Assembly (NCBI GenBank): GCA_964016885.1
Contig: OZ024747.1
Span: 57,226,001-57,290,000 of the forward strand
Reading direction: 5' to 3'
DNA from: Eledone cirrhosa
Taxonomy: Eukaryota
Length of the DNA stretch: 64,000 nucleotides
Part shown: positions 12,315-25,757 of the stretch, piece after piece
Numbering within the stretch: position 1 is the stretch's first letter
Layout: every line of letters starts with the position of its first letter
The notes under the pieces: model-generated
What the model saw: only the letters and a program-made list of their open reading frames with translations
What the model was told of the DNA's origin: nothing
Database searches by the model: none
Program-made: the position numbers and the translations under genes

Positions 12315-12566
12315 ATGTTGAAAAGGTAACACACTAGAGAGAGATACAGTGCGCTATCAATAAAACAGGGGAAAAAACCACCAGTGTATGGAATCTATAA
12401 CCTATGGTGGTTTTTTTCCCTGTTTTATTGATAGCGCACTGTATAGCTCTCTCTGGTGTGTTACCTTTTCAACATATTGTATTTTAAAGAGCTCAGGATT
12501 TACTCTCCTTTGAGCACATTATTTACAGGGAATGGCGAGGGCCGATGGCTCCGTTAATTTATCGTG
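12309..12566. repeat. Fold-back element in (TA)n, about 75-bp arms, 21-nt loop, one-sided tail
   Basis: 12309-12383 versus 12405-12481; partial extra copy at 11057-11116. Confidence 0.85.
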
Positions 12567-12573
12567 ATATATA

Positions 12574-12905
12574 TCATCATTTCATTTTACGTCCGCTTTT
12601 CCCTGCTTGCAAGGGTGGGACAGGAACTGATTCTGGCTTGATTTCTACAGCTGGATGCCCTTCCTAACACCAACCTCATTTACAGTGAGTGCTGGCTGCT
12701 TTTTTGCCGTGGCACCTCCACGACCACTTTGCAGTGGAATGATAGGGACCCCAGTCCCTATCATCTCATTTCTACAGCTGAGTAAACTGGAGCAATGTGA
12801 AATAAAGTGTCTTGCTCAAGGAAACAACACATCACCTGGTCTGAGAATTGAACTCACAACCTTTCGATTGCAAGGCCAATGCTCTAACCACTAAGCCATG
12901 TGCCT
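12574..12905 (-). mobile_element. tRNA-derived SINE family B, full length
   Basis: Reverse complement of 58962-59295. Confidence 0.92.
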
Positions 12906-13017
12906 ATATGTATATATATATGTAAGTATGCACATGTACACACACACAAACACACAAACACATATATATATACAATTGATATTAAATAAATGGAAACTAT
13001 ATTTATAAAACCATATT

Positions 13018-13079
13018 TATTCTATTATATATATTTCAAGGGTACCAACAATTTTAGTACGCTATCATCAGATAAAATA
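13018..13079 (-). ncRNA. Type I hammerhead ribozyme
   Basis: Reverse strand TATTTTAT-CTGATGA-TAGCGTACTAAAATTGTTGGTACCCTT-GAAA-TATATA-TA-ATAGAATA. Confidence 0.75.
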
Positions 13080-13144
13080 CAACATTTTTTATAAATATTT
13101 GACATGACCAAGGATAATATACCTTAACGGTTCAAGTTATCCCT

Positions 13145-13187
<43 letters not shown>

Positions 13188-13343
13188 TATATATACATAT
13201 GTACGTATGGGTTATATTGAACATCAATAATAACGTTTGATTCGTTTGTAAACAAATGGCCCAATATGAAGCTGTGCAGTGTCGGTGACCGATCGGCACT
13301 TGTTTGTTCAACACTGGCTTTGAAGAACAATCAACTTCATCAG

Positions 13344-13618
13344 CATCATCATCATTTTATGTCCACTTTTCCCTGCTTGCAAGGGTGGGACGGGAACTGA
13401 TTCTGGCTTGATTTCTACAGCTGGATGCCCTTCCTAACACCAACCTCATTTACAGTGAGTGCTGGGTACTTTTTTGTCATGGCACCTCCACGACCACTAT
13501 GCAATGGAATGTAGAATGATTTCTGGAGCAATGTGAAATAAAGTGTCTTGCTCAAGGAAACAACACATCACCCAGTCTACTTTTGATTGCAAGGCCAATG
13601 CTCTAACCACTGCCTCCA
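13344..13618 (-). mobile_element. SINE family B, internally deleted
   Basis: Matches family B with several deletions. Confidence 0.85.
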
Positions 13619-13950
13619 TATATATATATATATATATAGTAATAATAATAAAATTGAAGACTAAAATCCAGAGAGGGCGTTTACAGATTGACCTTGTTAG
13701 TTTCAGAAGATCCCGTTAAGGGTGAAAGCAGCGATTCTTTGCTTAAACTTTAATCTGTTATCTTAATAAATATATATATATATATATATACATGGAAAGT
13801 TATATTTAAATTGTTGGGTTACAACTAGTAAATATTTATAACTGATATAAAAGCACTCAACAAATCAACTTTTTCAAATCAACTTTTTCAAATACAAGTC
13901 GATGTTGAACGGTATGTCAAATCTATTTATCTATAAAACTGTCTATATTG

Positions 13951-14016
13951 TATTTTGTCTGAGGAAGGCATAACATATTGTTAATATGATATCCCTGAAA
14001 TATATATAATGAAATA
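13951..14016 (+). ncRNA. Type I hammerhead ribozyme; inverted tail of a related element at 13791-13863
   Basis: TATTTTGT-CTGAGGA-AGG..CATATT GTT AATATG..CCT-GAAA-TATATA-TA-ATGAAATA; AGCACTC at 13852. Confidence 0.75.
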
Positions 14017-14082
14017 AATATGGTTTTATAAATATAGTTTCCATTTATTTAATATCGTATATATATATATATATATATATAA

Positions 14083-14290
14083 GAGATAAGAAGTTATCGT
14101 TATAGGTAATCCAGTTAGAGGTTGTGAATACTCTGTATTGTGGTTAAGCATACATCGTATTAAAAATTGAGTGACACAACTTCAAGTGATGAGCAATTTT
14201 AAGACAACTTAACCAATGAAACAATTGTTAATACTGTAAATAAAACCCTTTTTGTACTGTTGACCATGTTATTCTTCACTCTCTCACTAT
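14083..14290. mobile_element. pLTR-like mini-element (inverted tail plus HHR 3' half); homolog at 39868-40143
   Basis: 14163-14290 matches 39868-39995; 14083-14147 is the reverse complement of 40083-40143; GAAA-CAATTG-TT motif. Confidence 0.7.
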
Positions 14291-14309
14291 ATATATATCA
14301 GACAAGAAC

Positions 14310-14357
14310 CTTGTCTGGTGACCCTATGATAAAGAGGTGAAACTCCAAAGTAACAGG
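14310..14357 (+). ncRNA. Hammerhead motif with A6G core change
   Basis: CTTGT-CTGGTGA-CCCT..AGGT-GAAA-CTCCAAAG-TA-ACAGG. Confidence 0.65.
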
Positions 14358-14381
14358 ACTCCCTGTTTAACCTTAATAAAA

Positions 14382-14419
<38 letters not shown>

Positions 14420-14919
14420 CATATATATTTATATACATGCATACAACATACATTATTATATGTGTGTATATATATGTGTGTATGTATATATACATATATG
14501 TGTATGTATGTATATATATATCTGTGTGTGTGTGTGTGTGTACCTTCTGCTATTTTTCTGACTTTCCGCAGATTTCTCTTTGATGTCATTTTTTTTGGGG
14601 GGGGGGTGTTACAAATGGAAAGAGGGTGAGTAATATTGAGAAAGAGAGAGAGAATAAGAGTGAGGAAAGGAGGAGTAGGTAAGGGTGAGAAAGAGGGGGG
14701 GGGGGAAAGATGTATGGAATTTTACTTTTATTTTTATGTTTTATTTTCTTGATTAATTTAATATTTTTATTTTTACAATCCCTTTAAATTATCTTTTGAC
14801 CAACTTGGCAGCAAATTCTATCTAATTTACCGCACTTTGGCACAATATTTCTCTCTCCCTCTTTCTCTTTCTCTCATTCTTTCTTTCTCTTTTGCACCCT
14901 CTTTCTATCTCTTTACCTT

Positions 14920-14954
<35 letters not shown>

Positions 14955-15411
14955 TACTTACACTCTTTCACTCTCTTTCTCTTTTCCTTTTCTCTCTCCC
15001 TTGCCTTCTGTTCTTTTCTCTCCCTTCCTCTTTTTCTCACTTCCGCTTTCTCTGTCTTCCTATCATTCTTTATTTCTTTACATCTCTTTCTGTCATACTT
15101 TCTCTCTCTCTCTCTCACTTTCTCTCTCGCTCTCTCTCGCTCTCCCCCCTCCCCCTCTCTTTTACCTTTCATTTATTCAACCGGACACAAACACAAGTGA
15201 TGATTATGATGATGTCGTTGGTGTTGTTGATGATGATGAAGTTGATAACGATGAGGGTGATGATGATGAGGAGGAGGAGGTTGAAACTGAGGTATGGTGG
15301 TGATGGTGGTGATGATTATTGAAGAGGTAATGGTGTTCAGGCAAGGTGGTGGTTATGGTTGTTGTTGAGGTGATGATGATAGTGATGGTTATCATGAGGA
15401 TGATGGCTTAA

Positions 15412-15631
15412 CCTTTTAGTCTTCAAACCGGCCAAAACCGGCCGAAATTCTCTACCTCTTTCTGTTGAAACTGGCTGTAACTGGCCACTCATACTGATGT
15501 TAAGGTATTGTTCTCAAAATAAATACTTTCAAAATCTCATAGATTCGATATTATGTGAAATAATTATGCGAGGTAAAGTCTTTACCATGAAAATATAATA
15601 GTATATATAGAGTAATGTGAATGCTAAAGGG
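15412..15631. mobile_element. piggyBac-type MITE
   Basis: TTAA on both flanks (15408-11, 15632-35); terminal inverted repeats CCTTTTAG/CTAAAGGG. Confidence 0.85.
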
Positions 15632-15799
15632 TTAAAGTGAGAGAGAATGTGACTCTGTTTACTTAGTGAGTGTTTGTAGAGAGAGGGGTCTTGTACTGCC
15701 TTGCAAAATTTTTCTTGGAGGCCCTTCCCATGACAAATAATGTGACAAATCATGAAACCATGCAATCAGCTTCACCACTTTGATATTTACACAAAGGTG

Positions 15800-16215
15800 T
15801 TACATAACAAAGATGTTTAAAGCTCATGGATGTAATCCAACCATCTAGCTTAGGGTCTAGCCCTGGGTCTCCTGTTGGTTAGCTTTGCTCGCAAAATCTT
15901 TCCAGCAATTCTTTCCTGATACATTCTAATCACATGTCCGTAATATCAGAGCTGTGATCTCTCAATTTGGAGAAGAAGCAGCTGTGATCTCTCTATTTGG
16001 AGAAGAAGCAGCTCTATATGGAGTTACTCTCTGATCTCCAAGCTATGCACTCTATTGAGTAACATTACTCCAAAGATCCTTGGAACTCCATTTCGGTTGC
16101 GTGTATTCACAATTGTATTCTTTCAGTCATTACTCAAGATTCATGACCATAGGTAAGAGTTAGCACAAATATTGAATTGAAGATAGCGAGTTTGGTTTTT
16201 ACACCTACCTCCTTT
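15800..16215 (-). pseudogene. RTE LINE 3' fragment (second family)
   Basis: TLTYGHES..IERSQL*YYGHVIRM..RRPRARP*ARWLD; other copies at 26985-27125, 28130-28335, 38020-38385, 63610-63970. Confidence 0.8.
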
Positions 16216-16233
16216 ATGACTATTTTCAAATTA

Positions 16234-16401
16234 TCATATTTCCCAGCGCCGAAGACACTTTGTCCTCGAGGTTGCACCCTAATTTTGACAACCAAAAATT
16301 TGAAAAAAAATAATAAACAACCTTCAGCCTTCAGGATGCATCGTAGATTTTTGAGACTTAATTTAGGAAAAAAGTAGGGTCTTCGACGCCGAGAAATATG
16401 A
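16234..16401. mobile_element. Tc2/pogo-like MITE
   Basis: About 23-bp terminal inverted repeats TCATATTTCCCAGCGCCGAAGAC / GTCTTCGACGCCGAGAAATATGA with TA on both sides. Confidence 0.75.
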
Positions 16402-16851
16402 TATTTGAAAATCTCAGGCAGTATTTTTCATTAGAAATATGATAATGAAAGAGCTAAAGTTCACTGAAGTGCTTCTCTGAGTTATTAAATGCCAACTAGG
16501 CTGTTACTAGGTTGGCATTAATGTTAGCGCCAAACCTGGAAGGAATGTTGAAAGTTAATAAAATCTAGTAAGAATATGTATGTATATATGGCAGTAGAAT
16601 GTTGAAAGTCAATTAAAACATCCCACCCTTCTCTACTATATTTCCCAATAATCTAATGTCTCCTGAGCCAAAGTAAAGAAATTCCTATTAATATAATAAT
16701 ATCCCATTGTTTCTTTGGTTCACTCTTTTGTTCTTTCCACATCTGTTCATTGATTCAATATACTGGGTGTCTGTATCTAATAATTTAAACTAAATAAGAG
16801 TTTTTCTCTGATATATACACACAAACACACACACACTCACACACACACTCT

Positions 16852-16899
<48 letters not shown>

Positions 16900-17025
16900 T
16901 GTATATATGTATATATATATATATATATACACACATATATATACATATATATATATATAAATTCACTCCCTCTTCATTCACTATACCCCCAGTAAATACT
17001 GTTTGATCTATTTTGGTCAAGTTTC

Positions 17026-17070
<45 letters not shown>

Positions 17071-17139
17071 CAGTATATATATAATATATATATGTAATAT
17101 ATATATAATATATATATGTAATATATATATAATATATGT

Positions 17140-17171
<32 letters not shown>

Positions 17172-17453
17172 CACACAGACACACACACATGTGTGTGTGT
17201 TTTATTGTTATATATTTTGATATTTCATTAAATATTTTTCCTGCTTTTGTTTCTGTTATAGATATATTTGTTTTTATATTTATTTATATTTCATTTATTT
17301 ATTTATTGGTCTTTGTTCAAAAATTTACATATTATATTGATGGTGTATATATAATGGCAAATATCCAGTTTATCAAAGAATATTGTGTGTTTACATATGT
17401 ACACAAATATAGATAGAAACATTTATGCACACACACTCATGCACACACACACA

Positions 17454-17552
<99 letters not shown>

Positions 17553-17590
17553 GAACCATCAGCACAGTTGAGGTATGTCAGACATCAATT

Positions 17591-17656
17591 TATTTAATCT
17601 GATGAGGACGTACTGATGAAATAGATCAGTACCTCAGAAATATATATAATAAAATA
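17591..17656 (+). ncRNA. Type I hammerhead motif followed by conserved tail motif
   Basis: TATTTAAT-CTGATGA-GGACGTACTGAT..ATCAGTACCTCA-GAAA-TATATA-TA-ATAAAATA; ACTC(17710)..GAGTGCT(17731); base of stem II imperfect. Confidence 0.7.
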
Positions 17657-17798
17657 TATTTGATCACATGAATGTCTGTATTTATTAATATTTTGAAGTA
17701 ATATTAATAACTCCAGAAAACCTCTTTGTTGAGTGCTTCTAATCTATTGTAAAACTATATTCATTGATTAATCAATGAACCTTGTTAAACTTTTGGTT

Positions 17799-18142
17799 CA
17801 TCATCATCATCATTTCATTTTACGTCCGCTTTTCCCTGCTTGCAAGGGTGGGACGGGAACTGATTCTGGCTTGATTTCTACAGCTGGATGCCCTTCCTAA
17901 CACCAACCTCATTTACAGTGAGTGCTGGCTGCTTTTTTTTCCGTGGCACCTCCACGACCACTTTGCAGTGGAATGATATGGACCCCAGTCCCTATCATCT
18001 CATTTCTACAGCTGAGTAAACTGGAGCAATGTGAAATAAAGTGTCTTGCTCAAGGAAACAACACATCACCCGGTCTGAGAATTGAACTCACAACCTTTCG
18101 ATTGCAAGGCCAATGCTCTAACCACTAAGCCATGTGCCTCCA
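17799..18142 (-). mobile_element. SINE family B, full length
   Basis: Reverse complement of 58962-59295. Confidence 0.92.
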
Positions 18143-18489
18143 TATATATATATATATATATATGTGCCTCCATATATATATATACAGAAGCACACACACA
18201 TAGACACACACAAATATATTTTATAAACATAGGGGCTGGAAAAGCTCAATCAACTGTAACTCTCCTGACAAGTTCATGACCAAAACCTTCTCTGGGGATG
18301 ATGTTCATTGACTTAGTAGTAAGCACTGGTGAGAAGCTTTACAGTCCAAGCCTTATGGAACATAGACATTGAATTGAGGATAGATTTTATCATTATGCCA
18401 GCTTTTGAAAGTTATACATTCTTTTTAGATCTCAGTAAAACATATATACATATCGTTGCCTGATTGTGAATTGTAATTATTAATTATGA

Positions 18490-19024
18490 AGGGCGGTGGA
18501 TTGGCAGAATCGGTAGAGGGTCGGACGCCATGCTTTCCAGCATAGTTACATCCCTTTGCGGTCTGAGTTCAAATCCCACCGAGGTTAACTTTGCCTTTCA
18601 TCCTTACGGGGTCGATAAAATAAAGTACCAGTAATGCACTGGGTAATTGATGGCCTTGTGCCAAAAGTAGAAACAATTAATTATGAAAGAATGGAAGGTG
18701 GATTGGCAGAATCGGTAGAGCGTTGAAGAACATGCTTAACGACATAGAGTTACAGCCCTTTACGTTCTGTGTTCAAATTCTGCCAAGGTTTGCTTTGCAT
18801 TTCATCCTTATAGGGTTGATAAAATAAAGTACCGGTAACATACTGGGGATCGATTTAATTGACTTATCCCCTCCCTCCAATTTGCTGGCCCCTTGTGCCT
18901 AAATCACAAACCATTAATTATGAAAGGTTAACTTTGCCTTTCATCCTTACGGGGGTCGATAAAATAAAGTACCAGTAATACACTGGGTAATTGCTGGCCT
19001 TGTGCCAAAAGTAGAAACAATTAA
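18490..19024 (+). mobile_element. Three head-to-tail SINE family A copies
   Basis: 18490-18680, 18693-18918, 18925-19024; A-box TGGCAGAATCGG, B-box GTTCAAATCC. Confidence 0.88.
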
Positions 19025-19236
19025 TTATGAAAGAATGAGCCCATGATATGTAAACATAGAGGTATTGTATATTACTCAATATACATGGCAATTAAATATA
19101 TGTTTTACTTCATACTCACAGTCTCATGATGGTACCCAAGATATTGTAGCAGTTTAATCTAGCATGCACCATCAATCTTTAACCTTTGCAGAAATATACT
19201 AGCCACACACACATACACTCACATACACACACACAC

Positions 19237-20074
19237 ATTTCTGCAAAGGTTGACGATTGATGTTGCTTTCTAGGTTAATCTGCTGTGATTAATTAGATGC
19301 CATCATGAAACTCTGAGCACCAAGAAAAACATATGTTTAGTTGCTATATATGTTTTCAAACTTTGTTGCTGAGAATCAGTTCCAGTGCCATGCTTGGCAG
19401 AAAATTTGCAAATCAGGTGGTGGGTTGAAACGATTAGCAAAACCAAAGTGGAAACATGAGCGAAATGAGATATTATTGTATTATTTAGGGATGGGTGTTT
19501 CACAGGCTTTCAGGACTCAAAAGCCATTTCAAATCTCATGCCAGGAAGGAACAGACATAACGTGGAAGAACGGTCAAGCTTTGTATGGAGCAGATGACTT
19601 CATCTTACATATATACTGGCTGCAAACTCTGTTAAGAGCATTGCAATCGCTTGTCAGATTCAGATGCATGACACTCAGATATGGCTTTTGAAGACTTGCA
19701 CTCCTTCGCACGTTGATGACAACTATGGATCTGCCTGGCCTCAGGTCTAGCATCAGGTTGCCTGTGAACCTTCACAATATCATGGAGATCATAGTTCACT
19801 GGTTCTCTTTGAACGTGGCTTTGACTGTGGCTCCTGAGACTAGATTTGCTCAAGCAAATCTTTCTACACTCAGGGCACACCAATTTAAGGGAGACACCGA
19901 TCAATGTTGAGAGATACATCAGGGCATTGCTTATGCACATCCCATTTGATTTTCTTGTGCTCTATGCATCTGTCCTCAAAATTATACACCCCATCATTCA
20001 CCATTTCACACCAAGTTTCTCTTTCAAAAGCTTCTATCTCCCAGTCAGCCACCATCAAACCAGCTTTTGTCAAT

Positions 20075-20075
<1 letters not shown>
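19237..20075 (-). pseudogene. RTE-BovB-like LINE 3' end with C2H2 zinc-finger remnants
   Basis: SLTKAGLMVADWEIEAFERETWCEMVNDGVYNFEDR then CPECRKICLSKSSLRSHSQSH and further decayed fingers; ends in (TG)n. Confidence 0.7.
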
Positions 20076-20109
<34 letters not shown>

Positions 20110-20117
20110 AACAACAG

Positions 20118-20370
20118 TCAGCTGTACGATGCTTGTGTATGTTGTAAAATGCTGCATGGTGGTGAGACATGGGCAGTGAATGCAGAGGACATGCAGAGGC
20201 TGGAGAAAAATCAGTAAAGCATGCTTCAATGGATGTGCAATGTTAATGTACAAGAAGGGCAAAGTATGGATGACTGAGGGAGAAACAGGGTATAAGAAGA
20301 ATCAGTTGTGTGCAGGAAAGGAAATTTCATTGGTATGGACATGTGATGTGCATGGATGATCATTACTGGG
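20118..20370 (+). pseudogene. RTE LINE fragment (family of 6492-7389)
   Basis: LYDACV..MLHGGETWAVNAEDMQRLEKN..WMCNVN..WYGHV. Confidence 0.8.
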
Positions 20371-21703
20371 TGATCAATGGTAGGGATAAAAAATTGAGTG
20401 CACCAAAAGCACTCAACCAGGGTGCTTTTGTAGAGAAACGAAGACAGAGTCGCAAACAATAAATATATATAACAGTCAATCGACAAGATCCAAAACCTCA
20501 TTCACTTAACGAGTAGGGTGGAGCTTGTCAAATCGGACCAAGGAAACAATGTTTCCATCCATCTTTCCAATTGCTAATACTATCTACTGGCTGCAAATCT
20601 AATCAAAAGGAGCAAATGTAAAATAAAGTATTTTGCTCAAAGACATAATGCATCACCTGCTCCAGGAATGGTACTTACAACCTCACCATTGTGAGTCCAA
20701 TTCTCTAACTACTCAGCCATGCGCTTTCACAGAATAAATATCATCATCATCATCAACATTTTACATCCGTTCTTCCATGCTAGCATGGGTTAGACGGGTT
20801 GTCCTGTTGTGGGCAGTGTCCAGTCGGCTGACCTTGTGTTGCTCATACGGGAACTGGTTCTGCCTTATATATTTATTTAATTACAAAATTACCCACTAGA
20901 AAGATACATCATCATCATCATCATCAGTTTACGTCCGCTTTTCCCTGCTTGCATGAAAACATAAATACAAATTTGTCTTATACACTCACTAATGTTCTTG
21001 TATATAACTGGACACGCTGTCGGTTAAGACAACAGGTGTACCAGTTGATACGATCAACCGAACAGCCTGCTCATAAAATTAATTAATGCAGGTGGTTGAT
21101 TATTCCACAGACACATATACACTTAATGTATTTCTCAGGAAGATTCAACATGATACAGAATGTGGCCTATCGAATTACAGGCACAACTCATTTTTGCTAG
21201 GTGAGTGGACTGGAGCAATGTGAAATAAAATGTTTTGCTCAAGGACAGAACACACTGTCGGGAATTGAACTGATGACCTCATGATTTTGAGCCAAATACC
21301 ACAAAGCCACACGCCTTCACAATACTCTTGTAACATATGCCGAAATACACGTATTGATATAAACATAGAAATATATGCTAATAAATTAATATACACGTAT
21401 ATGTGAGTTTATATTGAATTGCGTGTCTGTGTGTGTGTTTCATTGCTTAAAATTTCCAATATAAGTATATATATATGTTAATAATATATTACTGTGTGTA
21501 TGGCTGTGTGTGGTGCATTAAAGGGATACAGAGAAAAAATGTTACACTCTGTTAAAGCTTTCATTGTCTTTATAGCTAAATATTATTTACATTATATATT
21601 CAAGTATACTTCAATAATATATGTATGTATATATATATATATTTATATTTATATATATATATTTTTATATTTATATATTCAAGTATACTTCAATATATAT
21701 ATG

Positions 21704-21813
<110 letters not shown>

Positions 21814-22341
21814 ATACATATATTTTTATATATATATATTTTTATATTTATATATTCAAGTATACTTCAATATATATACATATAGATATAAATTCTATAA
21901 ATGTATACATACACACACTCACACACATATATACATATATATATATATATCATGATTTTACGTCCGCAAAGAGAGAGAGAGAGAGAGAGATTTACCATTA
22001 CATATGTTACATGGGCAATAAAGTCGGAAAAGTGTGTACAAATAATGGCTATGTGTAAGTATGAGTGTGTGTGTTTATGTGTATGCGTATGTCTTAGTAA
22101 ATAATCTGTTCTTTTGGCTATTTGCAACTGGAATTTGAAAAGTAGAAATAACACATATTTCCATGCAACATACACATACATACATACACTTACACATATA
22201 CATATATAAACATGCTCATACACACAAACACATATATAACATACGCACAGAGAAATATTGAGGGGAAAAATGAGAACATTTTCAGAAAAAAATACTAATG
22301 AAATCACTGAAAAATACACAATATTATATATATATCTGTGC

Positions 22342-22388
<47 letters not shown>

Positions 22389-22439
22389 TATAATACATAT
22401 TTATATATACATATGTATATATAAAATATATATATTACA

Positions 22440-22476
<37 letters not shown>

Positions 22477-22679
22477 CACATATATTTATATAACATATAT
22501 ATATATATACACATATATTTATATAACACACATATATATATATATGTTATATAAATATATGTGTGTATATATATATATGATGTATATATATATATTTTAT
22601 ATATATGTATATATAAATATGCATTACATGCATGTATATTAATATATACACATATATGTATGTATATATATATAAATAC

Positions 22680-22732
<53 letters not shown>

Positions 22733-23053
22733 TATACATACATACTTCATAAACTGGAAGCTGAATCTCTACTTTCATCAGTAAGACTATCAACGCGATC
22801 ATCTACACACCGCCCTCCTGTATGTTCAACATCCTGCCCCCTATACCGGCAACAACAGAAACCATAGAAATACATACAACAGTAATATCAACTACAGTAT
22901 TAACAATATGGTAAACAACAATTGTGATAACAAGAAGATAAGATCATCAGATAACGGACTGATGTCTGAGTGTGTGTGTGTGTGTATACACATATACACA
23001 CACACACATATATATACATATCTATATATACACATAATGTATATACATATGTA

Positions 23054-23085
<32 letters not shown>

Positions 23086-23225
23086 TATAATATATATACA
23101 TGCACACACACACATATATATATATATATACATACACACACACATATATATATATATATGTATACACATTATATATACATATACACACACACACACACAT
23201 GTCTATATATATTTATTTATAAATA

Positions 23226-23288
<63 letters not shown>

Positions 23289-23692
23289 ACAGTTATATGT
23301 ATATAAGTAAGTATTCTTTATCTCTCCATTTCCTATTTATTCACCCCTTTCAGCATTTCATTGAAGTCCTATTAAAATCTAAAGACATTCCTGCCACGAA
23401 CACATCAATATTTCTTTGATCTTTGCACAATTTTACATTTCTTCTTTCAAATTTTACCATTATTTACCATTCTTGTTGTTGTTGTTGATTTTTTTTATTC
23501 AGAAAATTTCTTCTCTTTCTCATCTATCTCTCAGTAGGTGATGATGCTCAAATATGAGATGAGATAAGATATGGAATGGTGATGAGGGTGGAATGTTCTT
23601 GTTTGCCAGGATTTTATTCTACTATGATTTTTTTTTTTTAGACTCAGTTTTTATTTTATACACTCACACACACATATATATATATATATATG

Positions 23693-23744
<52 letters not shown>

Positions 23745-24664
23745 TATAGATATATATATACATGCATACACACACACATATGTATAGGGAAAATTGGAAA
23801 ACAGACATTAAATAATGATGATATATATATATGTGTGTGTATGTGTGTGTGTGCATGTGCATGTATATATATATATATGCGTGTGTGTATGTGTGCATGT
23901 ATATATGTGTGTGTATGTGTGCATGTATATATACATGTGCATGTATGCATGTATATATATATATCTGTGTGTATGTATGCATGTATATATCTATATGTGT
24001 GTGTGTGTGTGTATGTATATATGTGTGTGTGTATGCATGTTTATATATGTACATGTATTCATGTATATATATATACATGTGTGTGTGTGTGTGTGTGTAT
24101 GTGTGCATGTATATGTGTATGCATGTATGTTTATGTGTGTATGCCTGTATGTAACCTTTTTTTTTTAAACAGTTCTGATTATTTTTCTATATCTAAACTT
24201 TTTAATTTTTACAATCTATTATTTTATTTGTTTTCTTTTTGCATATTTTTATTTATTTATTTCTTATTGATTTATTTTACTTATATCGATAATTATTTTA
24301 AATATTTTACTATATTTTATCTGAAAATATCATTGTTTCTCTTATTTTTTCATTCTTTCTGTATTTTACCCCTCCCTCCAGTCTTTAATTTTGCTTCTCT
24401 TTCATTGTTTATTTGTTTGTATGTTAGGGGTGGGAGGGTGGGTGTTTGTTATATCACTTTACATTCTCTTATCTTCCTTCTTTTTTGCTTGCTTTCCGTC
24501 TTCCTTTCTTTTTCCTTCTTTTTTTTGTTGTTCTTTTCTATCTTCACTTTTATTATTTATTTTATTTATGCATGTAAGTATATATATATATATATATACT
24601 CAAAAAACTATATATATATTAAAAAAACTATACATATATATATGTATATATATCTATATCTATA

Positions 24665-24751
<87 letters not shown>

Positions 24752-24767
24752 TCAAAAAGACTATACC

Positions 24768-24806
<39 letters not shown>

Positions 24807-25114
24807 ATAGTTATTCCTTCATTCTGTTATTTGTTTGCCTCACAATTTTCCATAGTATATCCATTATCCATCCGTTCATCATTTCTTTCATTTGTCCATC
24901 TCTCTTCTCTCTCTCTATCTATACATATATATACACACAGACACATGTGTGTGTATGTTTGAATATGTATGAAATGGTAGTGCTGGTTCCACAATGAAAT
25001 GTACCCAGTCTAGGCTGTTAATTTGTTAGCATTAGGAAGAGCACCTAACCATAGAGATTGTGTGAAAATGTAACATATCATCAAGACGTGGTCATCTGAC
25101 CTGTCTCATCTTAA

Positions 25115-25320
25115 CCCATTAGCATTTACATTATTTCATATTTACTATTGTATTTTCACAGTAAAGGCTTTTCCTCACATAAATATTTCATATAATATTG
25201 AATCTATGAGATTCTGATACTATTTATTTTGAGAAAAATATTGTAACCGGTTACAGCTGGTTTGAACAGAAATAGGTGAGAGATGTCTGGCCGGATTTGG
25301 CCAGTTTAAATGCTAAAGGG
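25115..25320. mobile_element. piggyBac-type MITE nested in an older SINE
   Basis: TTAA flanks at 25111-14 and 25321-24; terminal inverted repeats CCCATTAGCATTTA/TAAATGCTAAAGGG. Confidence 0.85.
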
Positions 25321-25757
25321 TTAAAGCAAAACAACCCATCCAACCCACTGATTTGCAACAATAGTAAATATTTTTCTAAAATCATGATGAATCTTCTCAC
25401 ATTATAGTTCATCTTTTATTTCTCATTTTATCTTCTGATGAAGTCTAGTTTCTGAAACATTGAAACTCTTTCCCTCCTATATCAAGTATTAAACTATTAT
25501 ATTTCTTTATTGTTCTGAGTTGTTTTCTTTGTTGTTTCCATTCATATGTATATATATGTATATACATCGAGCCCTCTTTGTATTTTAGTCTTCAAATTTA
25601 TTATTATTACTATATATATATATATATATATATTCAAGCTGGCCGACTGAATACACACATGTGTTTTCCTACTCCCCAATCAATTTCTTTTCCCTTTGTC
25701 CCAGTTCCTTCCTCTCATCACTCTTTACTTTCTATTTATCTTCTATTTCTAACTCTA

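Noticed and set aside
22745-22970. Two TCATCAG (minus-strand CTGATGA) motifs in a non-simple island
   Set aside because: No properly placed GAAA or stem I pairing found.
23694-24962. Long ORFs rich in YI/CV/HT repeats (also 42142-42990, 60229-61475 and many others)
   Set aside because: Translations of (TA)n, (TG)n and (CA)n microsatellites, which lack stop codons; no domain content.
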